Below, one piece after another: positions 1-13,187 of a stretch of DNA of 64,000 bases. Each line of letters opens with the position of its first letter. Positions within the stretch are counted from its first letter, which is position 1. A program made the position numbers and the translations under genes. Below the pieces are notes generated by a model. That model did no database searches and was not told the origin of the DNA. It saw only the letters and a program-made list of their open reading frames with translations. The stretch comes from Microthyrium microscopicum (Eukaryota): assembly GCA_010405405.1 (NCBI GenBank), contig MU004232.1, forward strand, positions 1,197,481 to 1,261,480, read 5' to 3'.

Positions 1-3
1 ACA

Positions 4-905
4 ATGGCAGCAGAGCATCAACCCCGCGAGAAAGCTCTCCATGAGTGAGCCCCATTCCCTGATCCTCAAGGTCCAGGTCAGAAACTAACCTTGACAATAG
101 GCTCCTCTCCCACCACATGGTAGACATCTACGTCGGCTCCGAAAACACACACTGGATTCTCCATGAGAAACTCCTATGCGCCAAGTCAAAGTTCTTCAAC
201 AAGATCTTCTATACCAAGCAAGTCAAGGGCCAATTCAACTCTGGCAGCAAGACCATTGGTTTCCCAGATGAGGAGGACGAACCATTCCGTCTTTTCGTCG
301 GATGGCTATACTCTACTCGCGTGCCTGTACCAAAAGAGGAGAAGGATCTAGGTGATCTGTTCGACTTGTATCTCATGGGCGAGAAATGGCAGATTGCGAG
401 TCTGATCAAGGACGTTCTTGATACTGTTCGCTGGTGGTACCGTACAACTGATACCTTCCCTGGACTGCGACGAGTGCAGTACGTGTATGCGAATACAGAC
501 GACGACTCTCCCATGAGGCATCTATTGGTTAGCAGCGTCGCGCGCATGCTCGCTACCAGACCTGATATGCCCGGTCATTGGGATCGCGCACTGAAGAAGA
601 ACGGACAGTTGGCAGTCGACATTCTCCGTGCCATTCAAGCGTGGAAGGTGGATCCAGAATCAATCCCAGACGCAAGAGAAGAGGCGCAAAAGCTTGAGAA
701 AGAAAAGGTCAAGGTCGCTGAGGAGGCAGAGAAGAAACAAAAAGGCATCCCGAAGAATGAAATTGAAGAGAACGAGAGGAACGAGGAGCAAGACGCTGGA
801 GCAGCCGCGGGAAAAGACGTTGAGAGTCTGGCCAATGGGGATGGTAAGCTAACGAATGGGGTTTCTGAACATGACGATGATGAGACGATGGTGAACAGCA
901 ATTGA
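4..905 (+). CDS. BTB/POZ domain protein
   Basis: ATG at 4 and intron 45-100 (GTGAGC..CTAAC..TAG) join in frame to ORF 117-905. BTB-like motifs 'VDIYVG..HWILHEKLLCAKSKFF' and 'FRLFVGWLYS'. Confidence 0.85.
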
Positions 906-1297
906 TGTTGCGACTTGGCGCAAGTATTTCCTAGGATTTGGCAGGAGGCTTTCATGTTTGGAGTAAGTGGTGTCATTGCTCATGTAATAGTATGGCTGTT
1001 TAGGTTTATTTGATGGCTCTCAAGCGCTTTGCAATAAAATGTTGTTCCGCTCAGTCAAATCTTGATGTTTACTCTAGGCTGTGATCGTGAGTTCCGCCAA
1101 TGCAGTAAATACGCTCTCTCAAGCTGTAACGTTGGTGAACATTCAAAGGCCTCAATGATGCAGCCATAACTCGCAATCAAAGTAATTCATGCAATGAGAT
1201 GGATCTGCAAGCAATGATCTTGCAATGCTTGGTGGGAGAGGAGGCGAAGAATACGCTTGCCCAAAGAAGACTGAAAGTGGTGGTCAAAGCGCCATTC

Positions 1298-1319
1298 ACG
1301 CGTCGCGCTCAAGACGCGT
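1298..1319. promoter_or_regulatory. Two MCB (ACGCGT) cell-cycle boxes upstream of MCM6
   Basis: ACGCGT at 1298-1303 and 1314-1319, about 90-105 bp before the MCM6 ATG. Confidence 0.65.
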
Positions 1320-1404
1320 TCTCAGTCTCCTGGATCCATCCATCATTTCTGAATATCGACTGTCCCTCCATACTCCCCTCTCAATCATATACCAAATCGC
1401 CAAA

Positions 1405-4357
1405 ATGTCTTCGCTAGTTGATGCTATTATCGCTTCCGACATTCCTTCGAGCGCTCCACATGGCGGTTCCTCTCCACCACCACAATCTCGTCGACCAGCA
1501 ACATCATCGCGGGGCTTGCCTTCAGACAGCATTGGACCCCAAAGTGAGACAGGTCGTCTTCCCGATGATCAGGTTGTAGGAGCAAGAGGTACTGTTCGCA
1601 GACCTCGTGCGCCAGCAACAGATATCCCGAAAGTAGTCGATGAAATTGGAGAGCACATGGTGCAACAATTTGAGGATTTTCTAGAGACGTAAGTTACGTG
1701 TCTAGATAGCCTTCATTTCTAATGTATGACAGATTCGAAGAAGAACCATCGTCTTCAGCTATTCCCGCTTCCAGTGTTTCGAATACCAACAAGTACTATG
1801 TCGCGCAAATCCACGGTCTTGCGCATTATGGACTCTCAACTCTCTACGTGGATTACAGACATCTGAACAGCTTTGGCGAAAGCGTCGCTGCTGGTGCCAT
1901 CCTCAGAGAGTACTACCGATTCCAGCCATATCTCATTCGCGCCCTTCATAATGTGATTGCGAAGTATGAGCCAGCATATTTTCGCGAGCATCGACAACCA
2001 TACTCGACCTCCTCAGTCTCAAACTCATCGGTTGCTGGCAACCCGAGCCAAGATTCTGCAATGAACAATCGAACACTCAATCAGCAGACAGATCGTGTCT
2101 TTACACTTGCGTTCTACAACCTTCCGCTGATTACGCGACTTCGTCAACTCCGCACAAACAACATTGGACAGCTATTGTCGATTTCGGGCACAGCTACCCG
2201 AACGTCAGAAGTTCGACCTGAGTTAGCCCAGGCTACCTTCATTTGCGAGATGTGTAACACGATCGTTCCTGGCATTGAGCAGACTTTCCGCTATACGGAG
2301 CCAACTCAATGTCCCAACAACACATGCGGTAATCGCTTTGGCTGGCGTCTAGATGTCAGATCCAGTGTCTTCGTGGATTGGCAGAAAGTTCGCATCCAAG
2401 AGAACAGCTCTGAGATTCCCACAGGCAGTATGCCTCGTACCATGGACGTCATTCTACGAGGAGAGATGGTTGATCGAGCCAAAGCTGGAGAAAAATGCGT
2501 TTACACTGGAACCCTCATTGTCATTCCCGACGTCAGTCAATTTCGCTCTCCTGGCTCAAGGGTTCAGTCCTCGAGAGACAACTCGAATGCTCCTAGAGGA
2601 GCTGAGGCTGGTGGAACTGGTGTTTCTGGCCTGAAAGAGCTTGGCGTTCGTGATTTGACATACAGATTGGCTTTCCTTGCTTGTATGGTCAACCCAGATA
2701 CCTCTGTTCCAGGTCAGACTCTCAATGGCCAAGCAAGCAATATTCTCGCTTCTTTGAATCAAACAATCCCAGATGACTCTGGTACAGATGGAGAACAAGC
2801 CCAACGAGATCTTCTAGCTACCCTCACCCAAGCTGAAATTGAGGATCTTCGAAACATGGTCCATAAACCCAACATCTTCATGCGCCTAGTCGACTCCATC
2901 GCCCCCATGGTTTACGGCCATCAGGTCATCAAGAAAGGTCTCCTCCTGCAACTTCTAAGTGGTGTCAGCAAACAGACTCCAGAAGGCATGCAACTCCGTG
3001 GCGACATCAACATTTGCGTCGTCGGCGACCCATCCACCAGCAAATCGCAATTCCTCAAGTACATCTGCTCCATCTCTCCCCGCTCCGTCTACACATCCGG
3101 CAAAGCCTCCTCCGCCGCCGGTTTGACCGCCGCCGTCGTCAAAGACGAAGAAACCGGCGAATTCACCATCGAAGCCGGCGCCCTCATGCTAGCAGACAAC
3201 GGCATCTGCGCCATCGACGAATTCGACAAAATGGACATTGCAGACCAAGTCGCCATCCATGAAGCTATGGAACAGCAAACCATCTCTATCGCCAAAGCAG
3301 GGATCCAAGCAACCCTCAACGCCCGCACTAGCATTCTCGCCGCCGCAAACCCTGTCGGCGGACGCTATAACCGCAAAACCACGCTACGTGCCAATGTTAA
3401 CATGAGCGCGCCTATCATGTCGCGTTTCGATCTCTTTTTCGTCGTCCTGGATGAGTGCGATGAGCGTGTTGATCGCCATCTTGCGCAGCATATTGTGAAT
3501 ATCCACAGGTTGAGGGACGACGCGGTTGAGCCGGAGTTTAGCACGGAACAATTGCAGAGATATATCCGGTTTGCGAGCACCTTTCGCCCAGAGTTTACGC
3601 ATGAGGCTAAACAGACGCTTGTGGAGAAATATAAGGAGTTGCGCGCTGATGACGCGCAGGGTGGTATCGGGCGTAATAGTTATCGGATTACGGTTCGTCA
3701 GCTTGAGTCGATGATTCGGTTGAGTGAAGCTATTGCAAAGGCAAACTGTGTCATTGAGGTTACGCCCGAGTTTGTGCGTGAGGCGTATAATTTACTACGC
3801 CAGAGTATCATCAGCGTTGAGAAGGATGATGTCGAGGTTGAAGATGAGGATGAGGCAGCGGCTGGTGCGGATGAAGATGAAGATGGTGATGAGGCCATGG
3901 CGGATGGTGAGAATGCTGAAGAGGAAGATGAGGATATGGCGGATGAGGATGCGCCGAAGAAGGAGAAGACGAAGATTACGTATGATAAGTATATGGCGAT
4001 CCTGAACACAATGGTGCGGCGCGTCAATGACGATCAGGAGAGCTCAGAGGATGGTGTCGAAGAGCAGGATCTGCTGGTCTGGTATCTTGAACAACGAGAA
4101 CAGGAGCTTGAGACCCAAGAAGATCTTGAGAACGAAAAGGCACTGGCGAAGAAGGTGCTGAAGAGAATGGTCAAGGTAAGCTACATCCCTCCCTTTTGCT
4201 ACATGGCGATACTAATGATCAATAGGACAACATCCTCATGCAACTCCGTGGTGAGGGCATGGCTGATCAAAAAGGCCAAGGTCTCGGTGGACCGGAAAAG
4301 ATCATGTATGTCATGCATCCCAACTGCGCAGTTGAGGAGATGGGTGGCATGGAGTAA
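1405..4357 (+). CDS. MCM6: DNA replication licensing factor MCM6
   Basis: Walker A variant GDPSTSKSQ, IDEFDKM, arginine finger SRFDL, CEMC..CPNNTC zinc finger. Introns 1689-1732 and 4176-4225. Last exon DNILMQLRGEG..YVMHPNC. Confidence 0.97.
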
Positions 4358-4599
4358 TTATGTAAACTTGAATGATAGCATGCATAGGATGGGCGTTTTC
4401 AAGTTATTCATGTTGTTTTCTTGTACGATGTAGATGTTTTCAATGCGCCAATTGCATTTTGACGACTTTAATTCAGTATTTGCGCTACCAATGAATAAAT
4501 GTACCTCTCAGTGGTGTATCTTGCAGCGCAAAGCGTTTGTGTCCATAAATCCCCTCATAAAACGCCGAAAGTGCTAGTATACAGAAATAGAGAAATCGC

Positions 4600-5273
4600 C
4601 TAATCGCTTGCGCGCGACACCTTTGTCACCAGCTGGTCCAAGTGTGATTGGTCAATCTTGCCATTTGCTGCATCTTGTTCCTTGATGAGCACGGCGAGGA
4701 CTTCGATCGGTGGTTTAAGACCGAGCTTGTGGGCGCGCTTCCATCGCTTTGTTCTCGAGATTCCCATACATGGCTGGTAAAAATGATGTCAGTATTCATA
4801 TCGTATAAGAATAAGCACATAAGAGATAGACGTATAAAAATGATAGAACTTACCCCATAGTGCGAACTGATATCCCAATCACGCAGTATCTTCTCAGACA
4901 CACTCAACGACTCCTGATGTACGCGCTTGCTATCCCGTCCCTTCTCCCGCTCATTGAAGAACTTGCGGATCTGTGCGTCCTTCACGCTGCGCGCAAGCTC
5001 ATCTTCCTCGTTGACTGGTGGTGCTGGTCCGATCTCAATGTCGTTTAGAGATGAGTCACCAGTCTCTGGGTGTATCTCGGAAACCTCATCGTCCGAAAGA
5101 GTGATGGCAGCAAGTGGGCTGGCGACGCTGGCGGGTTTGGAAGGTGTTTCTTTTAGGGAGTTCTTTTTGGCATTGTCGATGGCGCTGGTTTTCGTGACGC
5201 GGTTGCTAAATGCGAGCTTCGTTTGGCCGGCGGATGACTTTGCTTTGCCGGTGGATCGGCGTGTCGCGGGCAT
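4600..5273 (-). CDS. POLD4: DNA polymerase delta subunit 4 (p12/Cdm1 family)
   Basis: Splicing intron 4853-4774 gives LRDWDISSHYGPCMGISRTKRWKRAHKLGLKPPIEV, the family signature. Confidence 0.9.
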
Positions 5274-5423
5274 GATTGTGAGTTTTCGTGAAAGATTTGG
5301 GCTGTTTGGAGGATGATTGAGAGTTGGTGGTGGTATTCTGGATCGATGATGAGGAGGTCAAGGCTGAGGGGTGGTTGAAATTGAGAAGCGCTTGGGCCAT
5401 CGTGTTGCCTAGGGGACGTTCAG

Positions 5424-5440
5424 ACGCGTCGTCGCGTAAA
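5424..5440. promoter_or_regulatory. MCB and CGCG motifs upstream of Pol delta subunit 4
   Basis: ACGCGT at 5424-5429 followed by TCGCGTAAA, about 150 bp upstream of the start. Confidence 0.55.
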
Positions 5441-5771
5441 TTTGAGGGCGCGCTGTCACGCTTTTGACTTTTTAGAGTTGAGTTGAGAGGTTCCCCATCT
5501 CGTCTCCTTTAGGCCATCGGAGCCATGCTGCATCAATGCTCTTGCCTTTGTTCAAATGCTGCTGTCTCTTTCCTTGGACCACTGCGACTGCGCTCCTTCC
5601 TCTATGCCACGTTCGTCCAACTACATCTCTTGGCGCTCTAACAAGCAAGAAAGTCCGAAGAGGTGATGAAGTATGATTGAATTACACGTCTAAGCTATGA
5701 AAAAAACAGGAAGAAAAGCAAATCATTAAGCCATTTGCATATACTGGAACATACAGTTTCCACACTCGCGT

Positions 5772-7718
5772 CTAGTAGAGATTAGGATAATCAGCCTTCA
5801 ACATGTCGGCGCCCTTCTCAGCTACCATGTACACGTCGTTCTGGATCCGACAATCTATCACATGTTAGCATTGATTAAGAACTCTCGACTTAGGGAGCCT
5901 ACCTGGAATGACGGGGAACACAGAAGCATCGATGACTCGAAGGCCACTGATGCCATGGACCTTGAGCTTGGAGTCGACGACACCCTGCTCAATATTCTGC
6001 GAGAGACGGGCGGTACCTGTCAATGTCAGTATGGCCTATCGTATCAGATGGGTGGTACTTACCACACGGGTGGAAACCAGTCTGACTGCGCTCAAGGATT
6101 GTGCGAATCATGGCTTCGTCTATTTGGATGTTAGCTAGTGTATCTCATGCTTGATGAGGACAACTTACCAGAATTGCGAGGCATTGCCCAAGGATAATCA
6201 TCCGAGACGAGATCTTTCATACCCTCACCGTTCATGACGATATCATCAATGAAGCGAACTCCTTCTCGTAGAGCAATCAAGTCAAGATCATTGCTGAAAA
6301 AGTTGAGGTTGATATATGGCTGCTCAAAAGGATCTGTGCTGTTCAACTTGACCTCTCCGTTCTGAGACAGCGGTCGCATGAGATCAACAATCACAGTAAA
6401 CCAGTCGCCACTGGGAGGTGTTGGGAAGTGCCACTGGAAGGCATCGCAGAACATGGGAACGAAATCAACTTCGAAATGTGGTTGACCCCCAGGTCCAAAC
6501 GGATCGACGTTGTTGTTCTTGGCAAGGTATTCGCGATATTGCTTGTTTTGCTTGAGCTGTTTGTCGATACGGGGAAATGCGACGAGTTCTAGCAGACCAC
6601 TGCTGTATGGACCGGTCTTATCTTTGCGGTATGTGGAGAGCGCGCCATCGTGCTGGTAGCCAGGTCGGAGTATGTGAGAGTCCAAACCATATCCGTCCTT
6701 GAGCTTGAAGACATGGGAAAGAATAGGATGATCAAGCAGATTCTGGCCAACATGGGGCGAATCCAAGATTGACTTGATGCCCTTGGACTCAACATGTTCC
6801 TTTGGACCAATGCCCGAGAGCATGAGAAGCTGGGGAGTAGCAAAGACACCTTGGGAGACAATGACTTCGTTCTTCGCGCGGAAAGTATATTCTCCGCCAT
6901 CTGGTCCAAGGACAGTGACACCAACACACTCGTTGTTCTCGATGACAAGGTTCTTGGAGTACGTTTCGCTGATGATGGTAACGTTCTTCTTGCCCTCCAG
7001 GAATAGGGCGGCAGTGGAACGAGTTCCCTTGTAGATGGAGTTGACAGACTTGAACAGACCCTTCTGGGTGCCGTTGTATACGTCTTCGGTAAGCTCTTCG
7101 CCCTTGCTGACCCAAGCCTTCTCCATAGCATCACGGAAAGGCTTCAGTTCAGGGATGAGATCTGAATGGGAGATGTGGATTGGTCCACCCTTGTTGCCAA
7201 TCTTTGCAAGCTCTGGAGAGTATAGGCCCTCGTCGTCGTGATATGTGGCTGACTTGTTAAAATAGTCCTTGGTATGCTCCCAGTCCCACTCGTCACCACC
7301 GAAAGCAGCCCAGTCGTCAAAGGTAGCGGCACTGCCTCGAACCCATGTATAGTAGTTCAGGGCGCTGCTGCCACCGAGGACTTTACCACGAGTATTTGGC
7401 TTCTGTTATATAGTTAGCACTAACTCACAGGTTTCGATCTGAAACACGGACCTCAATTCGAGTGTAGTCCGGGCGGTTGATCATAGTCGTCTTGTAAGCA
7501 TGATCATACTTGCTACCACGGAGCTCAAATGCGCGAGCTGGAGTAGTAATTTCTGGAACTTCTGCGGTGTTTGCTGGACCAGCTTCCACTACGAGGATTG
7601 AGACGTTTGGATTCTCGGCCAATCTGCCAGCTACCACACATCCAGCAGTTCCACCACCAACGACAATAAAGTCGAAAGCCGCTGGGGCATCTTTGGCTGC
7701 GACGGAAGTATGAACCAT
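5772..7718 (-). CDS. GMC oxidoreductase (AA3-like, no signal peptide), multi-exon
   Basis: FDFIVVGGGTAG Rossmann motif, RGKVLGGSSALN, VGQNLLDHP, C-terminal 'FHPCG' and 'LRVIDASVFP'. Several short introns. Confidence 0.93.
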
Positions 7719-9099
7719 GGTAACTGAATAGGTTATAGATTCTCAGAGAGGTAGAGGAGGATCTAGGAAGTGTAGAAGATAAGAGATAGTACTTGGTACT
7801 TGGTACTTGAGGAGAGTTTGGTGAAGGTTTGTAAGTTGATGCTTTTGTTGATGTTGTTTCGCTAATTGATTGATGGGGAAGATACAATCACGACACAGTG
7901 CTCCTTTATATAAGAGTCTTCTTATTCATCTTTGAGTTATGCTGTCAAAGCTCTATCGTTCGACATCATATCATTCGCGGTTCTTGAAGCGCTTGATACC
8001 TCTCGGCCGGCAATGCATCCCCAGCATTAGTACTACTCCAAAGCAACACGTAATCCTTAATAGTACATGTGGACAATGCATAGCATCAGCACATCCTATT
8101 CCAGGTATCATGGCATCTGCGCTTAAACCAAATGCCTACCCTTGTCCGCCACGCTTTATCATCAAGTACTGTATTTCCCAACTTTGTTTACAATTGAAGC
8201 TCAAGTTTGGGGGGGTATGCGAAGGGTTGGCTTTGGTGTGGTGTTGAGAGAGAGCACGAGGAGTCTCGTGCGAGAGCATAATTTACCAACAAACGCGCCA
8301 ACAACAAATCTCGAGCGACCCGAAAGTCGCACAGGCAGACTCTCATTCTCTTTCTCTTGAAAGAAGACTATGAACATGTTCTGCATCATGGGCTGCGATA
8401 AGCTTGACTTCTATTTCTCAGCCTCTAGCCTCGCCGGCAAGCCCTGGCCGCCGCCGAAAACTCGGTCGCCTGGCAATTGTGTAAGCAACCTCGCGGAATA
8501 TCTGCTCCAGCTGGTAGAGTTTTGGATCTGTTTGTAAGAACGTTTAGTGCTACACAGGTCAATCCTGAATTGTAATCACGGTCGATATTCCGCCATTGAG
8601 TTGCAGAAAACTGTCGCCATACAATCAATAAACCATCTAGTATCGAGCCTGATAGACGAATAAGCCAATGAAGTCCAGCCACTACGGATCTCCCGATACG
8701 AAATCTGTGCCTTGAGTAGATAATTATGACATATCTTGCATAACGCATCAAAGTTCTGCTGCCGTACCAAGTTTTTATTCGAGCGAGCTCAAAATGGCAG
8801 TTGCTGGGATGTGTGGCAAGCTTCGTACTCATGCAGGTACTTTCGGGCGATAGTCAGATCGCTCCAACTCTGCTTTTGAGTATATATCCTGACAGCTATT
8901 GAACGTTTGAACAAGTATGATGCGAGTTAGAGCAAGCTATAGTACATGCGCTTGACGAGCTACAGGTAAAATCGCTGATTGCGAAGCCAAGCAGAATTTG
9001 TCTGTATCTTGCACCTAGCTAACATCAATCTTTTCTTGTAGCCCTCGAAGATATGCCTTTAGCTTCGTGTACCATGGTTGTTATTTTCGCTTGCTATAA

Positions 9100-10532
9100 A
9101 CCTAGCGAAAGTCCTCTTGGATAGGAATACCGGAAGAATGGTGAATTTGACTTGATCCTGGCGCTATCGAGAACTCATGGGCAGTTGGTGGTATCAAACG
9201 AAAGTTTCGGGGTACATTAGCCCGTTTTTCTACGCGTGATGGCTGTTTCAACTGTTGGTTGCTTTATCGTTTTATTTTCCATGAACACATACCGCTCGCC
9301 AGCAAGTACCCCAGATATCGTCATCTCTACATCGTCCCAGGTTCATATAGAGATCTGTGGTGTTTTCCACTCCCAGCACACCGTGATTACGAACCGTGAA
9401 AGCATGGCGGGCTGGACAGAAACCACATTCTATCCACTTGGGTTTGGCCTTCCTGAACGACGTTTGGAGTCTTCAATGCGCTCACGAAGAGCACCCCAGA
9501 GCTCTCCCCTAAGCGACTGCCTCTGATAGTGACTACAGCCAAAGAAACAGCTAATAGCCGAGCTACAGGCTGATGTATTATGTCTTCTACGTCTTGTTAG
9601 ATCCTTAAGATCTCTTCGTTCCTCCCCGGCGGACACCAGGATTGCCGGACGATATGAATGTGCAGTTCATTTCCATTGGGTACATGTTCGAAATCCATTA
9701 TATCATAGTGTATCTTGTTGGTATTGACGCTGCCAGCTGGGGTTCTAGACCAGCATCCCCCTTCTTTGATCATTTTCCAGATAGATATTGGCGAAACCTC
9801 GAAGCCTGAGATGCCGTATTCAGGTCCATAGAGATGTCGGTCGAGGAGCTGGCGGGCATCTGTAATGTAGAGGCTAAAAGGGTTCCCACTTAGTCGATAA
9901 AATAAGTTCGAGGGTGGTTTTCTGATAAATTGAACTGGCCTGTAGTCCTTGCATTGCCCCATACTCCTGCTATAGAAACATGAGAGCCAGTAGGATGGAA
10001 TTTTTAGTCTTGATAACATAGAAAAATTCCTATAATCTGTCAACTTGGAATGGTGATGGAGTTTCATGATCAAGATCAGCGCAGACAGCGTACCTGGGAT
10101 GGGGTTCAGACGGTCGAGAAGTTCCAATTTCTGATAGTCATTTTTCCCTAGATCCATCAGAAGGCGACCTGATTTCCTGCGACGCATTAGCTCGAACGTT
10201 CATGGTGTCAAATGAGGGATTGGAGCATAAACAGCTGCGACATGACCATCAAAGGAGCACGTTTTACAGCGAGGACAACAACAACTACACACCAGATATC
10301 TGTCTGCACAGGTACCGATGTTGCATTATAGAAGAGCTTACGAGTATAAATCTTTGCAGGTGAGTGCCAAGGCGACGGCATCACAGTGACCAAGATGATC
10401 TTGGGTTTTCCATGATAAGCTCTGGGGGCGAATCCCCCAGTTGCGTGAGAGCTTCATCAGCCTAAGCCATGGTTGCCGTCGACGTTCGTGGGAGTAATAG
10501 TCCTGAGCGATATCACCGAGCGAAGGTTGCAC
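9100..10532 (-). pseudogene. Probable F-box-like protein pseudogene
   Basis: F-box-like 'LGDSPPELIME/QDHLGHCDAVALALTCKDLYS' is split by a frameshift near 10405, with a stop at 10338-10340. Downstream blocks ('LLDRHLYGPEYGI', 'ISI*TWDDV') are broken by stops. The left boundary is approximate. Confidence 0.55.
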
Positions 10533-10894
10533 TATGGGTTAGGATTTGGGGAGATATTGGCTGCCAGGTGTAGCTTGACATCTGCGAAGTACAAATATAC
10601 CCTGTGAAGTTCACTTTTTCTGGCAGTCTTCTTGTAGTGAGCCATAAGGTAAATGTATTCGTGAGGTGGGTTGGCTCTAACGTTCCGGCCGACTATATTT
10701 AGCGTTCCGTGAGCCTTCATCCTTTTGATAGTGTCATGTGGTTTGCTTTGGAGTAGAAAGTGAAACTCTCTGTCGACACAGTGGTGATGGCGATGTGAGT
10801 TTCTTTGACAAGAAGATACTACATTAACCATTGGATTGAAGATAAACAATGCAACGTGCAGTCGCTGCAGTCGCGGCAGTCCAGCCTTCCAAGG

Positions 10895-11100
10895 GGTCGG
10901 TAAAATAGATGGCGCGCTCCCAGCGAGTGCGATGGCTCCCGTACAAGACGATCTACTATCGAGTGCTTTATCTGCCATCAAGCGCGTTCCATCATGAACA
11001 TTTAATTGAATGTGATGGGTTATATAACACCTTCTAATGAATAGCGGACGTGAAAGCCAACGACGCTGATGGGGGAACGCCAGTTATTTTGTCCATCAGT
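10895..11100 (-). mobile_element. Degenerate MITE, family B copy
   Basis: Imperfect TIRs (GGTAAAATAGATGGCGCGCTCCCA / TGATGGGGGAACGCCAGTTATTTTG). The interior matches the reverse complement of 46478-46701. Confidence 0.6.
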
Positions 11101-11308
11101 CGCCATCCGAGTGCATTTACGTTTCAAGGCCCCATAAGGCTGAAATGGAAAGGCTGAACGTCCAGTGAGCTAGTCAGCTTCCGAGCTTATCGATAGCACT
11201 TACAACTTTGAACAACAAAACAGTGGATCAAACGTCATATTCAATCCTCCAAAGTACAACTTTCCAATTCCACAAATGTAATCCATTAAAAACATTCAAA
11301 ACCTCACC

Positions 11309-12286
11309 ATGACAAAATCAAATCTCGACCTCGTCAAAGCCTGCGACGTCTTCCCCTATCCTCCCTCCCCCGCCTACTCCGCCCAAACATCCCACCTCGT
11401 CCACCTCCGCGTCGCAACCGACCGCAACACAACTCTCGGCTACCTCCTCCCCTCCATCGCCTCAACGTTCGCCTCCCTTCCCGCCTGGGAGCTCGATCTC
11501 GACTCTGAACCCCGCACACTAACTCTCCTCTCCGGCTCCGATGAACCCACGCGCAGCGCCGCCATGGCCCTGACGACCAGCGCGATGCGCGAAACTGGCC
11601 ACTTTGCCATCCTCAACAACGCCTGGCGCGACGAGCTCTACCCCGTCTACGGGCCAGACGGCAATGAGCTGTTGAGGGTGGAGCGTGCGGCGAGCCAGTT
11701 GTTTGGCGTGGTGACGTATGGGGTACATATGACGGCGTATAAGCGGGATGAGGATGGGGCGTTGAGGGTTTGGGTGCCGAGACGGGCGAAGACGAAACAG
11801 ACGTTTCCGGGGTGGTTGGATAATAGTGTTGCGGGTGGACTTGCGGCGGGGGAGCAGCCGATGGCGGCGTTGGTGAGGGAGTGTATGGAGGAGGCGAGCT
11901 TGAGTGCGGATGTCGCGAGTAAGGCGAAGGCTGTGGGTGCTGTGACGTATTTCTATGTTAGTGGGGAGGGATCGGGAGGGGAGGAAGGACTACTGCAACC
12001 GGAGTGTCAATTGGTGTATGATCTGGATTTGACGGGCATGGATGTTGAGTTGAAGCCGAATGATGAGGAAGTGGAAGGGTTTCAGCTAATGGGGATGGAG
12101 GAGGTTTGGCCGGCGTTGAAGGGGGGATCGTTTAAGCCAAATTGTGCGTTGGTGTTGTTGGATTTTCTGATAAGGCATGGTGAGATTACAGCGGAGAGTG
12201 AGCCGAACTTTCTGGAGGTTGTGGCGAGACTACATCGGAGGTTAGAGTTCCCACTGGCGAGATTCCCTACGAGTTCTCATGCTTAG
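11309..12286 (+). CDS. Nudix hydrolase (YJR142W/thiamine-pyrophosphokinase-related family)
   Basis: WRDELYPVYG, FGVVTYGVHMTAY, WVPRRAKTKQTFPGWLDNSVAGG, Nudix box RECMEEASL, FKPNCALV. Intronless. Confidence 0.92.
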   Translation: MTKSNLDLVKACDVFPYPPSPAYSAQTSHLVHLRVATDRNTTLGYLLPSIASTFASLPAWELDLDSEPRTLTLLSGSDEPTRSAAMALTTSAMRETGHFAILNNAWRDELYPVYGPDGNELLRVERAASQLFGVVTYGVHMTAYKRDEDGALRVWVPRRAKTKQTFPGWLDNSVAGGLAAGEQPMAALVRECMEEASLSADVASKAKAVGAVTYFYVSGEGSGGEEGLLQPECQLVYDLDLTGMDVELKPNDEEVEGFQLMGMEEVWPALKGGSFKPNCALVLLDFLIRHGEITAESEPNFLEVVARLHRRLEFPLARFPTSSHA

Positions 12287-12423
12287 ACGTTTGGAATGAA
12301 GATGTAATAAGCAAAAAGATGGTTCGTATTGTGTCTATCCTGACATGGAACGCCGACCAATGGTATCTTTTGGGTCTTGTAATCATAAACTCCAAACATG
12401 CTTCCCAATCATGGATTCATCAA

Positions 12424-12907
12424 TTATTTCTTCATGCACAGATACGCATGATCCACTCGCATCGGCGTCAACTTTTTGTAAGGGCCCTCGAAACACAGTA
12501 ACAAGCCTCCGAACGAGACATATACTTTGCTAATTGCTCATTAGTCTTCATCCTTCTTGACGCGCGGTCCGCACTTACATGTTGTTGGAATCCGACTCGT
12601 CAAACTTGTACACTTTTCCGTAGCACACGTAGTCCCACTGATCAGCAATACTAAGCTCTTTGGTCTCGCGCCAGCCTCCGCGCTCCATTGTGTCTTCTTC
12701 TTTGGATCCGTCGAGATTCAATGTTGAGGTGATCAGAATTTGTACTTGATCGCCAGGGGCGACTGGATAGAGCTCGATATTCACATCCAAGTCCATTTTT
12801 GTGTTGCCATCGACGGATGTGCCGCTGACGCGCGCGACGCGATCATATTTCCCGGGGTTGTATTCGAGTATTGAGAATGTGTCTTCGTAGAGAGTCGCGT
12901 CGGTCAT
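12424..12907 (-). CDS. RPB8: RNA polymerases I/II/III common subunit RPB8
   Basis: KYDRVARV, DVNIELYP, DYVCYGKVYKF. Intron 12578-12530, then KVYVSFGGLLL. Confidence 0.96.
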
Positions 12908-13187
12908 GATGATGGCAAAGAATGTGATGAGATGGTGGATTTTGCTTCGGCGGTTTCAGAGGGCTAATAAGTGGGGGTACGCGATGCTAAGTTCAGTGAA
13001 GCTCTTGCGGGATTGGAAGATGTTGGTTGTTGGTTGGATGTCGGAAGCTTAAGAAGTTGAAGGTCAAAAAGTGGTCGAGGAATTTTGGAAGTGACAGGGA
13101 TGTTGCAGAGCCACACCACTTTTCAGCCTCCAGCCTTGTTTGATTTTCACTCTTGAATATTTCACGGCTTTCCTTTCTCTTAAGGAC

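Noticed and set aside
3840..3960. GAT/GAG-rich repeat in MCM6
   Set aside because: It is an ordinary acidic low-complexity linker.
10532..10981. 149-aa ORF
   Set aside because: It starts inside a MITE remnant and has no recognisable motif.
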